Assembly: GCA_964385885.1 (NCBI GenBank)
Contig: CAYLRT010000012.1
Location: forward strand, 1-45,425
Direction: 5' to 3'
Source: an uncultured Anaerolineales bacterium
GTDB taxonomy: Bacteria; Chloroflexota; Anaerolineae; B4-G1; SLSP01
DNA: 45,425 nt
Shown here: positions 1 to 8,733 of the stretch, piece after piece
How the letters are laid out: each line of letters begins with the position of its first letter
Numbering within the stretch: position 1 is the stretch's first letter
The notes under the pieces: model-generated
Databases searched by the model: none
Told to the model about the DNA's origin: nothing
Seen by the model: only the letters and a program-made list of their open reading frames with translations
Translations under genes and position numbers: made by a program

Positions 1-96
1 AGCGGTTCAGCCAACGCTAGACTTTTCCAACACTGATTTGTTAGAAGGTATGAATCAGGTTAATATGCATGGGACCAAATTCCTAACCAAAGTCTC

Positions 97-124
97 TTGC
101 GCTTTCTATGAAAATGTGTATAAT
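97..124 (+). promoter_or_regulatory. putative sigma70-type promoter (TTGCGC - 16 nt - TATAAT)
   Basis: TTGCGC at 97-102 and TATAAT at 119-124 with a 16-nt spacer, about 65 nt upstream of the ATG at 191. Confidence 0.35.
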
Positions 125-190
125 AATGATAGGAAGAGTAGTTGAGAAGTATTTCCCTGAGGGTTGATAGACCCTGAATGGAGGGTGGCG

Positions 191-832
191 ATGACGCGGA
201 GAAAAAGAGGATGGCGCCGGTGGTTAGGGGTAGCGGTGGCCATTATTGGTGGATTCCTGGCTGTGGGAGGAGTGCTGGCTGGGACCGTCTCGGATGGCGG
301 CAATTTCGAGGTCGACCTTGACAGCTATAGTTTCAATTCGGATGGCACGAGTACCTGGACCTATACTGTTGTGCTGTTGAAGGACTTACAATTGGCCCTA
401 AGTCATCAAAGTATTGGCATCGATCCGGACTGTGTGGTTGTGGACCCGGAAGACGGAGATTCGTACGTTACTGGCCCCTTTGCATTCACGGTTGAATGGG
501 GTACAGAGCAGAACTCCGGTGAGAATGCCCTTAAGTTTGAGACTGCTGAAGGCGATGGCCCGAAACAGGCCGGGGATTTGATGACATTCACGTTGACGAT
601 TGAGGGCGCCAGAGTGGGGGAAGTAGTCTCTGGGACTCTCTTTACCATGAAGTACGGGACGGTTTACGATACCGCTTTGGAGGAGGGTCCGAGCTGTGAG
701 CCGACGGCGGTGCAACTGACCAACGTGCGGGGTGGCAGTGGTGTGCACGTGTCGACTCTGGTTGGTTTCGTGTTGGCCGGTATCGTCGTGGCGGGGGCTG
801 GCGCCTGGGAGTTGCGTAAGCTGCATCAATAA
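191..832 (+). CDS. hypothetical envelope protein with N-terminal and C-terminal hydrophobic anchors
   Basis: The ORF track gives 164..832. I prefer the ATG at 191 because GGAGGG (180-185) lies 5 nt upstream. The N-terminus MTRRKRGWRRW is followed by a TM helix. The C-terminus has a hydrophobic helix plus a basic tail (ELRKLHQ). No recognisable family. Confidence 0.6.
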   Translation: MTRRKRGWRRWLGVAVAIIGGFLAVGGVLAGTVSDGGNFEVDLDSYSFNSDGTSTWTYTVVLLKDLQLALSHQSIGIDPDCVVVDPEDGDSYVTGPFAFTVEWGTEQNSGENALKFETAEGDGPKQAGDLMTFTLTIEGARVGEVVSGTLFTMKYGTVYDTALEEGPSCEPTAVQLTNVRGGSGVHVSTLVGFVLAGIVVAGAGAWELRKLHQ

Positions 833-859
833 GCTGTCTTAAGTGGCCTCGACGGTTCT

Positions 860-876
860 TCCAGGTGAGACCTGGA
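860..876 (+). terminator. weak hairpin downstream of the first gene
   Basis: TCCAGGT-gag-ACCTGGA, a 7-bp stem with a 3-nt loop, lies 28 nt after the stop at 832. There is no U-tract, so this is weak. Confidence 0.25.
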
Positions 877-949
877 GAGAAGAGAGCACACAGCTGGCTT
901 GTTCACGGGCCGGCTGTGTTTTCTTTATGGTGTCGCGCTGTGATTTGGG

Positions 950-978
950 TTGTGTCTTCATCGAATGTAGTATAGAAT
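950..978 (+). promoter_or_regulatory. putative sigma70-type promoter (TTGTGT - 17 nt - TAGAAT)
   Basis: TTGTGT at 950-955 and TAGAAT at 973-978. The track's first ATG at 977 lies inside the -10 element, which argues for the downstream start at 1034. Confidence 0.4.
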
Positions 979-1033
979 GATGTGCAAGGTAATGCGGTTT
1001 GAGCCATGGGGAGAACTGACGGAAGGAGTCTGC

Positions 1034-3007
1034 ATGATGCGTCGGAGGTTCTATCTGACACTGCTGCTTCTTGGGTTGCTCTGTGGGACGTGGTTTTACC
1101 CTGCGAGGGCGCAAACCGAGGCACCCCTGGCGTTCGCCGACCCGACGCCCGATACGATAACGTGGCCTGGGTGCATTGAGATCGAAGTTCTGAATAACAC
1201 CACGCAAAGTCTTACAGTTTCAGTCGAACTCACAACCTTTGTGGATCCCACTTCGGGGGTCTCTGTGGAGCCAGCATCCCTGTTGCAGTCGCTCATCCCC
1301 TCATTTACACTCCCACCCGCTGGTCAAACAACGTTGACCCTGGCTACTGCCTCGGGGGCTCAGCCAGAACCAGGCAAATATACGGCGTCTCTTGTGCTGG
1401 CAGTGCTCAGTCACAATGCCGTGTTGCGCAAACCCATCACGATAGAAGTGCCTGAGACGATAACTGTGGGAGAGACATCCCTGCCGGATTCCTTGCGGCC
1501 CGCCGTCGAGCGCTGGACCCTGAAAGCTGTTCGGTTTCTGCCGTTTGCGGACCCGGCTTGTGTGCGGGGCGTGCTCCTGGGGTGCACGTTGCCATTGGAT
1601 GGGAAGCCGGTGGCTTTAGAAGATCCGATGCCTGTCGGGCAACTCGTCAACGAGGAGGGGGGAGGGGGGCTTCTCGTGTCAGTTCGGGAGGCTTCTGATC
1701 ACTATGCCTTGCTTGATCTGGCTTTTGACAGACCTTGGGGGCTGGTGGGGAATTACACTGGTGTGGTGGATCTGGTGCCGGGTGACCCGGATGCAGGCAT
1801 TGTGGAAATGAGCGTCCATGTGAAGGACAGTATTGTGTGGCCCTTGTTGGCTCTCTGGCTGGGTGTCACCGCCGCACGCCATCTGCAGAGATACCTGACA
1901 GTGCGTCGTGATGTGCTGGGGCTTCTACAACGGCTGAATGCGCTGAGCCTAGAATTCGGGAAGCTGCGACGTTCGATCTTTGGCTATAGCGTGAGTGAGG
2001 ATTTTCATCAGCAGCGTGCCGCTCTTGAAGAGGCAATCCGTGCTTGGGATCGCAGCCACTATGGTCCTCCGACAGATATAGAGATGGGGATGCTGCAGCA
2101 CAGGATCATCGAGCCCCTTGAGGCCCTGGAGTCCCAATTGGAGATCTGGAAGACTATGCGGCAACGGCTTGACCGTCTTGGACGTCGTCTGGCCATGGAG
2201 GCAAGACCTGTCATCGCCAAGGCGACCAAGCCTCGGGGCGTCGATGTGCCTGAGCCCCGCTTCTACACGACGGCGCGCTCCTTGCTCCGCGGGCGGGCGA
2301 TATGCATGGCGGACCTGCCCGAGTTGGCAAGTCGTGTAGATCAGGCTGCTGAGTTGGCCAGTCTTTGGGGGGGGCTCTACCGGCTGGCCTGTCTGGTGCG
2401 CGACGCCATTCGGGAGTTGACCCGACCGACTGTGACGCTGAGTGAGAGCGAGCGAGCGATGCTTGAGACGGCGAGGCATCGGTTGAATTCAGCCGTACGT
2501 GATCTATGGGAAGTACGCGATCTTCAAGAGTTGCGAATTCGGGAGACACAGGAAAAGCTGGAGACAGCTCAGGAGCTGACACGGCAACTGATGGATCCGT
2601 TTGTGTATGGACGGCGCATACCTGTGAGTGGACGCGCTCTTACTGATGAGGAGTTCGCTTTCTCGAGTGTTGAGAGCGGTGCGGAGATTGCTCCACTGGT
2701 TCGGGTGTTCAGTCATATTGACAGTTTCCGCTTACCTCACCTTGATCTTGACCGGTATGAAGCCCTGCAATCCGATTCCCAACGAAGTGAGTATCTACAA
2801 CGGGCGGTGCTTTTCAGCGAACGGGCCGTGGCATCTGTAGCTATGGTGACTGCGGTGGTGGCTGGGCTGGAGAGGTATTTCTCGACCGATTTTGGTTCGC
2901 CAGCGGATTATTTGGCGTTGCTGATCTACGGTGTGGCAACTAAGGCGGGGCTTGAGCTAATCAATGCGGCGGTGAGCAGGTTGTTGGCCCGTTTTGGTTC
3001 TCAGTGA
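1034..3007 (+). CDS. hypothetical secreted/membrane protein: signal peptide, beta-rich N-terminal half, TM segment, long helical region, C-terminal hydrophobic helices
   Basis: GGAAGGAG (1021-1028) lies 5 nt before the ATG at 1034. The N-terminus MMRRRFYLTLLLLGLLCGTWFYPARA looks like a signal peptide. An internal hydrophobic stretch (WPLLALWLGVTAA) and C-terminal hydrophobic helices are present. No family recognised. Confidence 0.65.
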   Translation: MMRRRFYLTLLLLGLLCGTWFYPARAQTEAPLAFADPTPDTITWPGCIEIEVLNNTTQSLTVSVELTTFVDPTSGVSVEPASLLQSLIPSFTLPPAGQTTLTLATASGAQPEPGKYTASLVLAVLSHNAVLRKPITIEVPETITVGETSLPDSLRPAVERWTLKAVRFLPFADPACVRGVLLGCTLPLDGKPVALEDPMPVGQLVNEEGGGGLLVSVREASDHYALLDLAFDRPWGLVGNYTGVVDLVPGDPDAGIVEMSVHVKDSIVWPLLALWLGVTAARHLQRYLTVRRDVLGLLQRLNALSLEFGKLRRSIFGYSVSEDFHQQRAALEEAIRAWDRSHYGPPTDIEMGMLQHRIIEPLEALESQLEIWKTMRQRLDRLGRRLAMEARPVIAKATKPRGVDVPEPRFYTTARSLLRGRAICMADLPELASRVDQAAELASLWGGLYRLACLVRDAIRELTRPTVTLSESERAMLETARHRLNSAVRDLWEVRDLQELRIRETQEKLETAQELTRQLMDPFVYGRRIPVSGRALTDEEFAFSSVESGAEIAPLVRVFSHIDSFRLPHLDLDRYEALQSDSQRSEYLQRAVLFSERAVASVAMVTAVVAGLERYFSTDFGSPADYLALLIYGVATKAGLELINAAVSRLLARFGSQ

Positions 3008-3043
3008 GTCCTCTCCGTGTGCGATGGCAATGGGATGATGGAC

Positions 3044-3081
3044 AGACACGCGGCTGGATCGCGTAGCCCAGCCGCGTGTCT
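3044..3081. terminator. hairpin between convergent genes (probable bidirectional terminator)
   Basis: Perfect 14-bp inverted repeat AGACACGCGGCTGG (3044-3057) / CCAGCCGCGTGTCT (3068-3081) with a 10-nt loop, followed by ATATTT. It lies between the stop at 3007 (+) and the stop at 3092 (-). Confidence 0.6.
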
Positions 3082-3091
3082 ATATTTCACT

Positions 3092-4366
3092 CTAATCGTC
3101 GAGCAGTCGTCTTTCGCCCTTGAGCTTGCGTAGATGGGTCAGGTTCTGGGTTACCTCCAGAGTACCTCGGTAGATGCCAGAACTGTCGCGCAGGGCGAAG
3201 TAGCGGATGTGGATGAATTGGCGTTCATTGGCTGATTTCTGCTCTTGCCACGAGGGGGTGAACTGAATCCAAAACTCCGCCACATCTCGCTTGCCGGCGC
3301 GGAAGTCATCGAGGATGGCCTGAACCTTGTCTACGCTCTGAGGTGGATGGCAGTTTTGCACTTTGCGCCCGATGATCGCGGGAGAACGTGGGAAGATACG
3401 TTCCGCGGTCTGGGAGAAGTAGCGTACACGATCTTCCTCATCGACGAATGTGATGTCAACGGGCAGCGTATTCAGCATCATGTCAATCTGCTCGACTGTG
3501 AGGGCGCCCACCTCTAGGGCAATCAAAGCGTTTTCCGCCTCACGACTGCCTGTGGCTGGTGCGTTTTGTGGGTGCTCCTCTTGCGCTTCTCTGGCGTCAT
3601 CTGTCCCCCTCCACGGCCTTCCTGGCAGGGCGTAGGCGAATCCAATCTCATCCTCCTGGGCTCGGATGGCGCTCCAGTCTTCCTCAATTAGACGCTCTAG
3701 CGCGGCGGGGAAGAGAATGCGTTCCTCTTTGTAAATCATCTCGCGGATAGTGTGATCAAGGGCGGTGAAAACTTCCAGTGCACGATTAAGATTGACTGGC
3801 GTTGGACTCTCGTTCAGGATACGACGGAGTTCCTTCCATAGCGCGCGGATCTCATTGTGGATGCCCCACATTACCTTTGACGGACCGGTGAATCCCGTGT
3901 GCTCGAGGTAAGGGAAAAGAAGGTTTTCTTTCCGAACATAATGCCGATCATAAATCTGTAGCTTATCCAGGATCTCGCGCGCCTCTCGGATTGTCTCTGT
4001 GGTTGGGTGCCGGCCGATCTCCTCCAGCGCGCGCTTGAGCTGCTCCAAAACGCGCACCACTCCCAGGTTTTCAGCACGGAAAGTGAACACAGGATGGCCA
4101 GGTACTGTTTCGGGCGCTGGGCGGCTGTCCAACGCTTCTCGAAACAGAGCCACGTGTAGGTCACAAAGCGGTTGGATCTGTGTGGGGTCGAGGCCCTCCG
4201 CCACCAGGGCCTCTTCAATGCGTACCACTTCATCGGGTCCAACGTCCGCAAGCATCTCAGCAAACGCTGTTTTTACCTGTTCGGCGTCTTTGCCTTCGTG
4301 GAGTTGAAGGATGATTGCTTTAAGTTGTCTCTCGCGCCTGGACACGTTATCAATGTACTCGCTCAC
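3092..4366 (-). CDS. DUF438 / hemerythrin-like (HHE) / PAS-domain protein
   Basis: The N-terminus LKAIILQLHEGKDAEQVK...LCDLHVALF matches the DUF438 pattern. The middle has hemerythrin-type histidines (YDRHYVRKENLLFPYLE, MWGIHNEIR). The C-terminus has the PAS-like block LPVDITFVDEEDRVRYFS...QNCHPP. GTG start with GAGGAGAG upstream. Confidence 0.85.
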   Translation of the reverse strand: MSEYIDNVSRRERQLKAIILQLHEGKDAEQVKTAFAEMLADVGPDEVVRIEEALVAEGLDPTQIQPLCDLHVALFREALDSRPAPETVPGHPVFTFRAENLGVVRVLEQLKRALEEIGRHPTTETIREAREILDKLQIYDRHYVRKENLLFPYLEHTGFTGPSKVMWGIHNEIRALWKELRRILNESPTPVNLNRALEVFTALDHTIREMIYKEERILFPAALERLIEEDWSAIRAQEDEIGFAYALPGRPWRGTDDAREAQEEHPQNAPATGSREAENALIALEVGALTVEQIDMMLNTLPVDITFVDEEDRVRYFSQTAERIFPRSPAIIGRKVQNCHPPQSVDKVQAILDDFRAGKRDVAEFWIQFTPSWQEQKSANERQFIHIRYFALRDSSGIYRGTLEVTQNLTHLRKLKGERRLLDD

Positions 4367-4420
4367 AATCTCTCCTCAATCTTGTCTGATGTGACTGTAT
4401 TCTCATCTATCATTTGCCTC

Positions 4421-6121
4421 TCAGATTCCTTGGACGATTGAGGCCAAGTCCTCCTCGACCGTGCCGATTGGACGAATATCGAAGTGCTTTACCAACACGT
4501 CTCTCACACCAGGCGACAAGAAGGCCGGCAGTGTCGGGCCCAACCGGATATGTTTCACCCCTAACGCCAGAAGCGCCAGGAGCACGATAATCGCTTTCTG
4601 CTCGTACCAAGCGATATCGTAACTGATTGGCAGCCCGTTAATGTCCTCGAGACCCAATGCCGCCTGCAGCTTCAGAGCGATATAAACAAGTGAGTAGGAG
4701 TCATTGCATTGACCCGCATCCAAGACCCGTGGTAAGCCGGCTACCGTGCCCAGGTCGAGTTTGTTGTACCGATACTTGGCGCAGCCAGCTGTGAGAATCA
4801 CGTGATCTTTGGGAAGGGCCTTGGCAAGTTCAGTGTAGTAGACGCGACTTCGATGGCGACCGTCGCAACCAGCCATGACGACGAATCGCTTGATCTCACC
4901 TCGTTGGACGGCATCAAGGATGTGATCCACCGAGCTCATTACCGTATGCCGCGCAAATCCGATAGGAATAGTTCCCTCTTCCAACGGCTTTGGCTCGCCC
5001 GATCTTAGCGCAGCCTCGATCACCGGGGAGAAGTCTTTACTGCCCCCAGGTTCGCGGTCAGGGATGTGTTGAACACCTGGCCACCCTACGTGGCCCGTTG
5101 TGAACAGTCGATGTTTATAACTCTCTTTAGGAGGGACGAGACAATTGGTCGTCATCAAGATGGCACCGCCAAAGGACTCAAATTCTTGGTGCTGGTGCCA
5201 CCAAGATCCACCATAGTTACCGGCAAAGTGGTCGTATTGCTTGAAGAATGGGTAGGCATTCGCTGGTAGCATCTCCCCATGCGTGTAGACGTTGATGCCT
5301 GTTCCTCGGGTCTGCTCAAGCAGTTCTTCCAGGTCGCGTAGATCGTGACCACTGATCAAAATGCCGGGACCGGGACGCACACCGAGGTTGACCTGAGTGG
5401 GCTCGGGATGGCCGTAATGGGTTGTGTTGGCCTCATCTAGCAAACGCATGGCCTCAACCCCCATCTCGCCTGTGCGCAGAACGAGATTCACGAGAGCCTC
5501 AGCACTTAGGCTCTCATCGGTTGTTGCGTCAAGCGCTTCCTCGATGAATGCGGGGATTGTCTTGCTCATCTCTCCCAATACGTGGGCATGATCGAGATAG
5601 GCCGCCATACCTTTGAGGCCGTACACTATGAGTTCGCGGAGTGAACGTATGTCAGGGTCGAGGTTGGGATCCGCCATCACTCCCACTGTTCGGCCCTTGA
5701 CCTGTAGCGCATGAGTCTCGTAGCTCCGAGGTGTCCAGACCGCGGCTTCGGGTGGTCTCATGACGCACGCTTCTCCGTTCCGCTGTGTTGTACGGCAGAC
5801 ATCTTCAACCTGGATGCGCAGAGCGTCTCGGCGAGAGACAGCCTCTCGAATCCATCCAACAAAGCGGTCAGGGTCGAAATTCACGTTAGTGATAGTGCTG
5901 AAGAGAGCCTGAGCTACGAAGAGATCTGTCTGTTGATCCTCAATGGCGAAATGTCTCCGGCCACGTACCGCCCAGAATGAAATCCCCTTAAGTAGCCAGA
6001 TCAGTAAATCCTGTAACGCGGCTACTTCTGGTGTCTTCCCACACACACCGCGCACTGTGCATCCTTCCCCACGAGCTGTCTCTTGACATTGAAAACAAAA
6101 CATCTTGGTCGCTGCACTCAT
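4421..6121 (-). CDS. hcp: hybrid cluster protein / hydroxylamine reductase
   Basis: N-terminal [23 protein letters not shown] gives C-x2-C-x8-C-x5-C spacing. The length of 566 aa fits the family. AAGGAGAG SD lies 6 nt before the ATG at 6121. Confidence 0.95.
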   Translation of the reverse strand: MSAATKMFCFQCQETARGEGCTVRGVCGKTPEVAALQDLLIWLLKGISFWAVRGRRHFAIEDQQTDLFVAQALFSTITNVNFDPDRFVGWIREAVSRRDALRIQVEDVCRTTQRNGEACVMRPPEAAVWTPRSYETHALQVKGRTVGVMADPNLDPDIRSLRELIVYGLKGMAAYLDHAHVLGEMSKTIPAFIEEALDATTDESLSAEALVNLVLRTGEMGVEAMRLLDEANTTHYGHPEPTQVNLGVRPGPGILISGHDLRDLEELLEQTRGTGINVYTHGEMLPANAYPFFKQYDHFAGNYGGSWWHQHQEFESFGGAILMTTNCLVPPKESYKHRLFTTGHVGWPGVQHIPDREPGGSKDFSPVIEAALRSGEPKPLEEGTIPIGFARHTVMSSVDHILDAVQRGEIKRFVVMAGCDGRHRSRVYYTELAKALPKDHVILTAGCAKYRYNKLDLGTVAGLPRVLDAGQCNDSYSLVYIALKLQAALGLEDINGLPISYDIAWYEQKAIIVLLALLALGVKHIRLGPTLPAFLSPGVRDVLVKHFDIRPIGTVEEDLASIVQGI

Positions 6122-6148
6122 AGTCCGTCTCTCCTTAGGAATTTAGAA

Positions 6149-6400
6149 TCATGAGTTTACCTGGCGTGATGCCTTAGAGGGGTCTGGTGACCCGTCCCAC
6201 TCGATGGTATAGGGCAGTATGATTGCCCCAGTTGGGCATATCGCTTCACATTCACCGCAATAGGTGCATGCTTCTGGGTTGACGAACTCGGGCCCCGTTT
6301 CCCCAAGTGTGATTGCTTGACTGGGACACAGTGCCACACATCGTCCGCAGTGTGTGCAGAGCCCTTCGACGACTGTGGGTAGCAGTAATCCGGACGCCAT
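6149..6400 (-). CDS. 2x[4Fe-4S] ferredoxin
   Basis: 83 aa with two CxxCxxCxxxCP motifs (CTHCGRCVALCP, CTYCGECEAICP). It ends 27 nt upstream of hcp on the same strand. Confidence 0.85.
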   Translation of the reverse strand: MASGLLLPTVVEGLCTHCGRCVALCPSQAITLGETGPEFVNPEACTYCGECEAICPTGAIILPYTIEWDGSPDPSKASRQVNS

Positions 6401-6473
6401 TGATTCCCCCAGACCCTATCAGGCTGATTCTTACTCTCTGATATAAAGCATACAGCAAGGGCGGCCTGTTGTC

Positions 6474-6489
6474 TGTGACTTTGGTCACA
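6474..6489. promoter_or_regulatory. perfect CRP/FNR-family palindrome TGTGA-N6-TCACA (candidate HcpR-type operator)
   Basis: TGTGACTTTGGTCACA sits in the 151-bp divergent region between the ferredoxin-hcp operon (ATG at 6400, minus) and the Crp/Fnr gene (GTG at 6552, plus). Confidence 0.65.
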
Positions 6490-6551
6490 TTGGATCTGCC
6501 AATTGCCAGCGTTGAATGAATTGGGTATAGTCCTGGGCAAGGGGGTGTAGT

Positions 6552-7235
6552 GTGGAAGTGCTTGACGCTCGGGATTTGCTCAAAAGCGTTCCGGCTTTTG
6601 CCAGCTTGCCAGAAGATACGCTCTCGGCCTTAGCAATGATGGCGGTCCCACGCAACTACACGAGAGGTGCTCATCTTGTCCTACAGGGCGCCTCGTCCGG
6701 TCATGTCTTTCTGATTGTACAAGGAAATGTGCGTGTGTATCGAGTGTCCAGAGAGGGCCGTGAACAGGTGCTGGGATGGCTCACCTCTGGGGACATGCTA
6801 GGTCTCGTGGCGTGCTTTGGCTCACCAATGGAGCGAAGTCCATCGCATGCAGTCGCAGCCTCGCCTGTCGTGGCGTTGGTCTTCTCTTGCGAGGAGTTTC
6901 AGAGGGTCCTCAGAAGGCACGGTGATCTAACATTCACTCTTTTGCACAGTCTCGCAGAGCGGCTGAGACACATGTCTGATCTGGTTGAGGACCTCGCTTT
7001 GTTTTCAGTCCAGCAGCGGTTGGCACACTTCCTGCTTGTCCACGCCCCAGAGCCTGGAGCCTCTAGAGCGAGCACCCCGGTTTGGACACAGAGTGAGATT
7101 GCTGCTCACCTCGGTACGGTGCGAGAGATGGTCAGCCGGGGGTTAAGGTCATTAGAAGCGTTGGGGGCGGTGCGAGTGGAGCGAGGGCGAATTGTGTTGC
7201 TTTCTCGGGAGAAACTCGAGGCCGCTGCGCGATAG
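6552..7235 (+). CDS. Crp/Fnr-family transcriptional regulator (HcpR-like by context)
   Basis: 227 aa with an N-terminal cNMP-binding-like beta-roll (HLVLQGASSGHVFLIVQGNVRVYRVSREGREQVL) and a C-terminal HTH (SEIAAHLGTVREMVSRGLRSLEALG). GTG start. Confidence 0.88.
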   Translation: MEVLDARDLLKSVPAFASLPEDTLSALAMMAVPRNYTRGAHLVLQGASSGHVFLIVQGNVRVYRVSREGREQVLGWLTSGDMLGLVACFGSPMERSPSHAVAASPVVALVFSCEEFQRVLRRHGDLTFTLLHSLAERLRHMSDLVEDLALFSVQQRLAHFLLVHAPEPGASRASTPVWTQSEIAAHLGTVREMVSRGLRSLEALGAVRVERGRIVLLSREKLEAAAR

Positions 7236-7248
7236 CGCGGCAGCGGCC
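7220..7248 (+). terminator. GC-rich hairpin overlapping the regulator stop codon
   Basis: GGCCGCTGC...GCAGCGGCC, a 9-bp stem extended by 3 bp past one bulged G, followed by TTATT. Confidence 0.45.
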
Positions 7249-7282
7249 TTATTGGCTGTGTATTCCCTCTTTTGCTATTTGT

Positions 7283-7750
7283 CTAGGGAAATAGTCCGAT
7301 CGGCGCGAGTTCGTGTGACATATGCCTCACAAGAGGCGGAGTAGGTTCCTTATCAGCATGGTGTATCCGGAGGGTGTTCAGGTCAACACCCAACCATATA
7401 CAAGCTGTACTGGGTTCGTTGAACACGATGAGGGTTATGTGGAACGGATCACCTCGGTATAAAGTACCCACTTCGAACCACTGATCGCTGTGGGCAATAA
7501 TCGCGTACCTGGCCCCACGAATTTTGTCGACCACCTTGGCGTGGAGTCGAGTGAGTCGCGGCACCAACGCCTCGGTGACGCGATCGTCGGCAACCCATCG
7601 GCAATCGATGATTTGTCGAAAGCCAGGCGCGACGTGCGGATCAGCGGCCAATTCCTGCTCATGCAGGATGAGGTCGTCGTCTGTCAGAATGCCATGCGCT
7701 CTTGTGTACACGAAGGTGCCTTGGTGCAGGACAACGTACTCAAGAGGCAT
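7283..7750 (-). CDS. hypothetical protein (155 aa)
   Basis: The track ORF runs to 7849, but GGAGGAGGAGCGAATA precedes the ATG at 7750 (MPLEYVVLHQG...). No family recognised with confidence. Confidence 0.6.
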   Translation of the reverse strand: MPLEYVVLHQGTFVYTRAHGILTDDDLILHEQELAADPHVAPGFRQIIDCRWVADDRVTEALVPRLTRLHAKVVDKIRGARYAIIAHSDQWFEVGTLYRGDPFHITLIVFNEPSTACIWLGVDLNTLRIHHADKEPTPPLVRHMSHELAPIGLFP

Positions 7751-7849
7751 TATTCGCTCCTCCTCCGCCCTCAACTCTGAAATGACTGGCAGTCGGGATG
7801 GCACTACAGACACACATGAGTGTGTTGAGGGAGCTCCACGAACAATCAC

Positions 7850-8077
7850 TCACTCAGCGCCAATGGCCACGATAGGACGGGTCTTCAGCCAAGCATCCAG
7901 TTGCGCAGCGAAGCCCTGCAGTGAAGCTGCCCGTATTTGCTGAAGCACCATACGCTCACTGTCACTGAGCTCAAATTGCTCTAGGACTTGCTCTCGTTGG
8001 CCATCGAGCAGCTTGGCACAGAGGTTATTATCCACCACTGCGTGGGCGATAAGGCTTCTGAGCGCCATTTCAGACAT
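7850..8077 (-). CDS. small helical protein (75 aa) with a LigA/Nif11/NHLP-leader-like sequence pattern
   Basis: GGAGGT lies 6 nt before the ATG at 8077. The sequence is MSEMALRSLIAHAVVDNNLCAKLLDGQREQVLEQFELSDSERMVLQQI... The periodicity and the L-(S/T)-D-x-E-R turn resemble these small helical domains. That resemblance is by eye only. Confidence 0.5.
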   Translation of the reverse strand: MSEMALRSLIAHAVVDNNLCAKLLDGQREQVLEQFELSDSERMVLQQIRAASLQGFAAQLDAWLKTRPIVAIGAE

Positions 8078-8123
8078 CGCTTTACCTCCATAGCAAATAG
8101 TATTAGGAGAGTATGTAGGTGAC

Positions 8124-8192
8124 GAACTGCGGCATAAGGCTCGGAAACACTCCCTGCTTGGCAGGGTACGCTCAAGCCCTATGCCGCAGTTC
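8124..8192. repeat. long inverted repeat enclosing an inner hairpin (structured element of unknown role)
   Basis: GAACTGCGGCATAAGGC (8124-8140) pairs with GCCCTATGCCGCAGTTC (8176-8192): 17-bp arms with 1 mismatch, 13 bp perfect. The inner hairpin is CCCTGC-ttg-GCAGGG (8152-8166). It lies in the 228-nt spacer between two small genes. Confidence 0.6.
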
Positions 8193-8305
8193 GCGGCGTC
8201 CACGGCCAATCAAGACATAGAAACGAGCCGTGAACCGCAGCTACTCCATTCCTTGTCAGCTCGCTAGTCGGCGTCCTTCTCCTCACCCAAGCGGCTTGAA
8301 GAAGT

Positions 8306-8479
8306 TTACCCGCCGACGCTTCCACCACCGCCCATCGCGGGATCTGCCAAGACGACCTGCACGCCGCCAGGTACCATTGGGGCTACCAGTGCCAGCAAAA
8401 CGGCCAACCCAACCAAAACCATGCGCACCACACGAGGATCTGCAGCCTTGACCATTGCCATCTGTACCTGTGCCTTCAT
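8306..8479 (-). CDS. small hydrophobic peptide (57 aa) with a Gly-rich C-terminus
   Basis: GGAGGTG lies 6 nt before the ATG at 8479. The sequence is MKAQVQMAMVKAADPRVVRMVLVGLAVLLALVAPMVPGGVQVVLADPAMGGGGSVGG, with one signal- or TM-like helix. The longer track ORF (to 8593) lacks an SD. Confidence 0.45.
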   Translation of the reverse strand: MKAQVQMAMVKAADPRVVRMVLVGLAVLLALVAPMVPGGVQVVLADPAMGGGGSVGG

Positions 8480-8733
8480 CGCGTCACCTCCATCTGTTTC
8501 GTACCGACTAACGTTGAGAACCTGTTTACATTTGCCCATATAATACAGATTAGGGCTTACCTGGCGGTAAACGTACCGGTAACGAGCGGTCACGATTGAA
8601 AACTTGGGTCTGGTATGTCTAAAGGCACCGGTTTTTCGAACGGGGTGGGAGTTGCCTGGCCAGGATTACTGCTCGGCGATAGGTTTCCCCATTGCCGAGT
8701 GCGGCTACTCAGGTAGAAGCCGATGGACTGAAG

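Noticed and set aside
398-829. Long antisense or alternative-frame ORFs inside clearly assigned genes. Examples are 398..829(-), 1949..2479(-), 11398..11895(+), 15881..16324(+), 21349..21864(-), 33333..33827(-), 37555..37977(-), 41069..41527(-) and 42411..42908(-).
   Set aside because: They lie entirely within genes that carry strong family motifs on the other strand or frame. They have Arg/Pro/Ser/Gly-rich low-complexity compositions typical of off-frame translation of GC-rich coding DNA, and they lack SD sequences.
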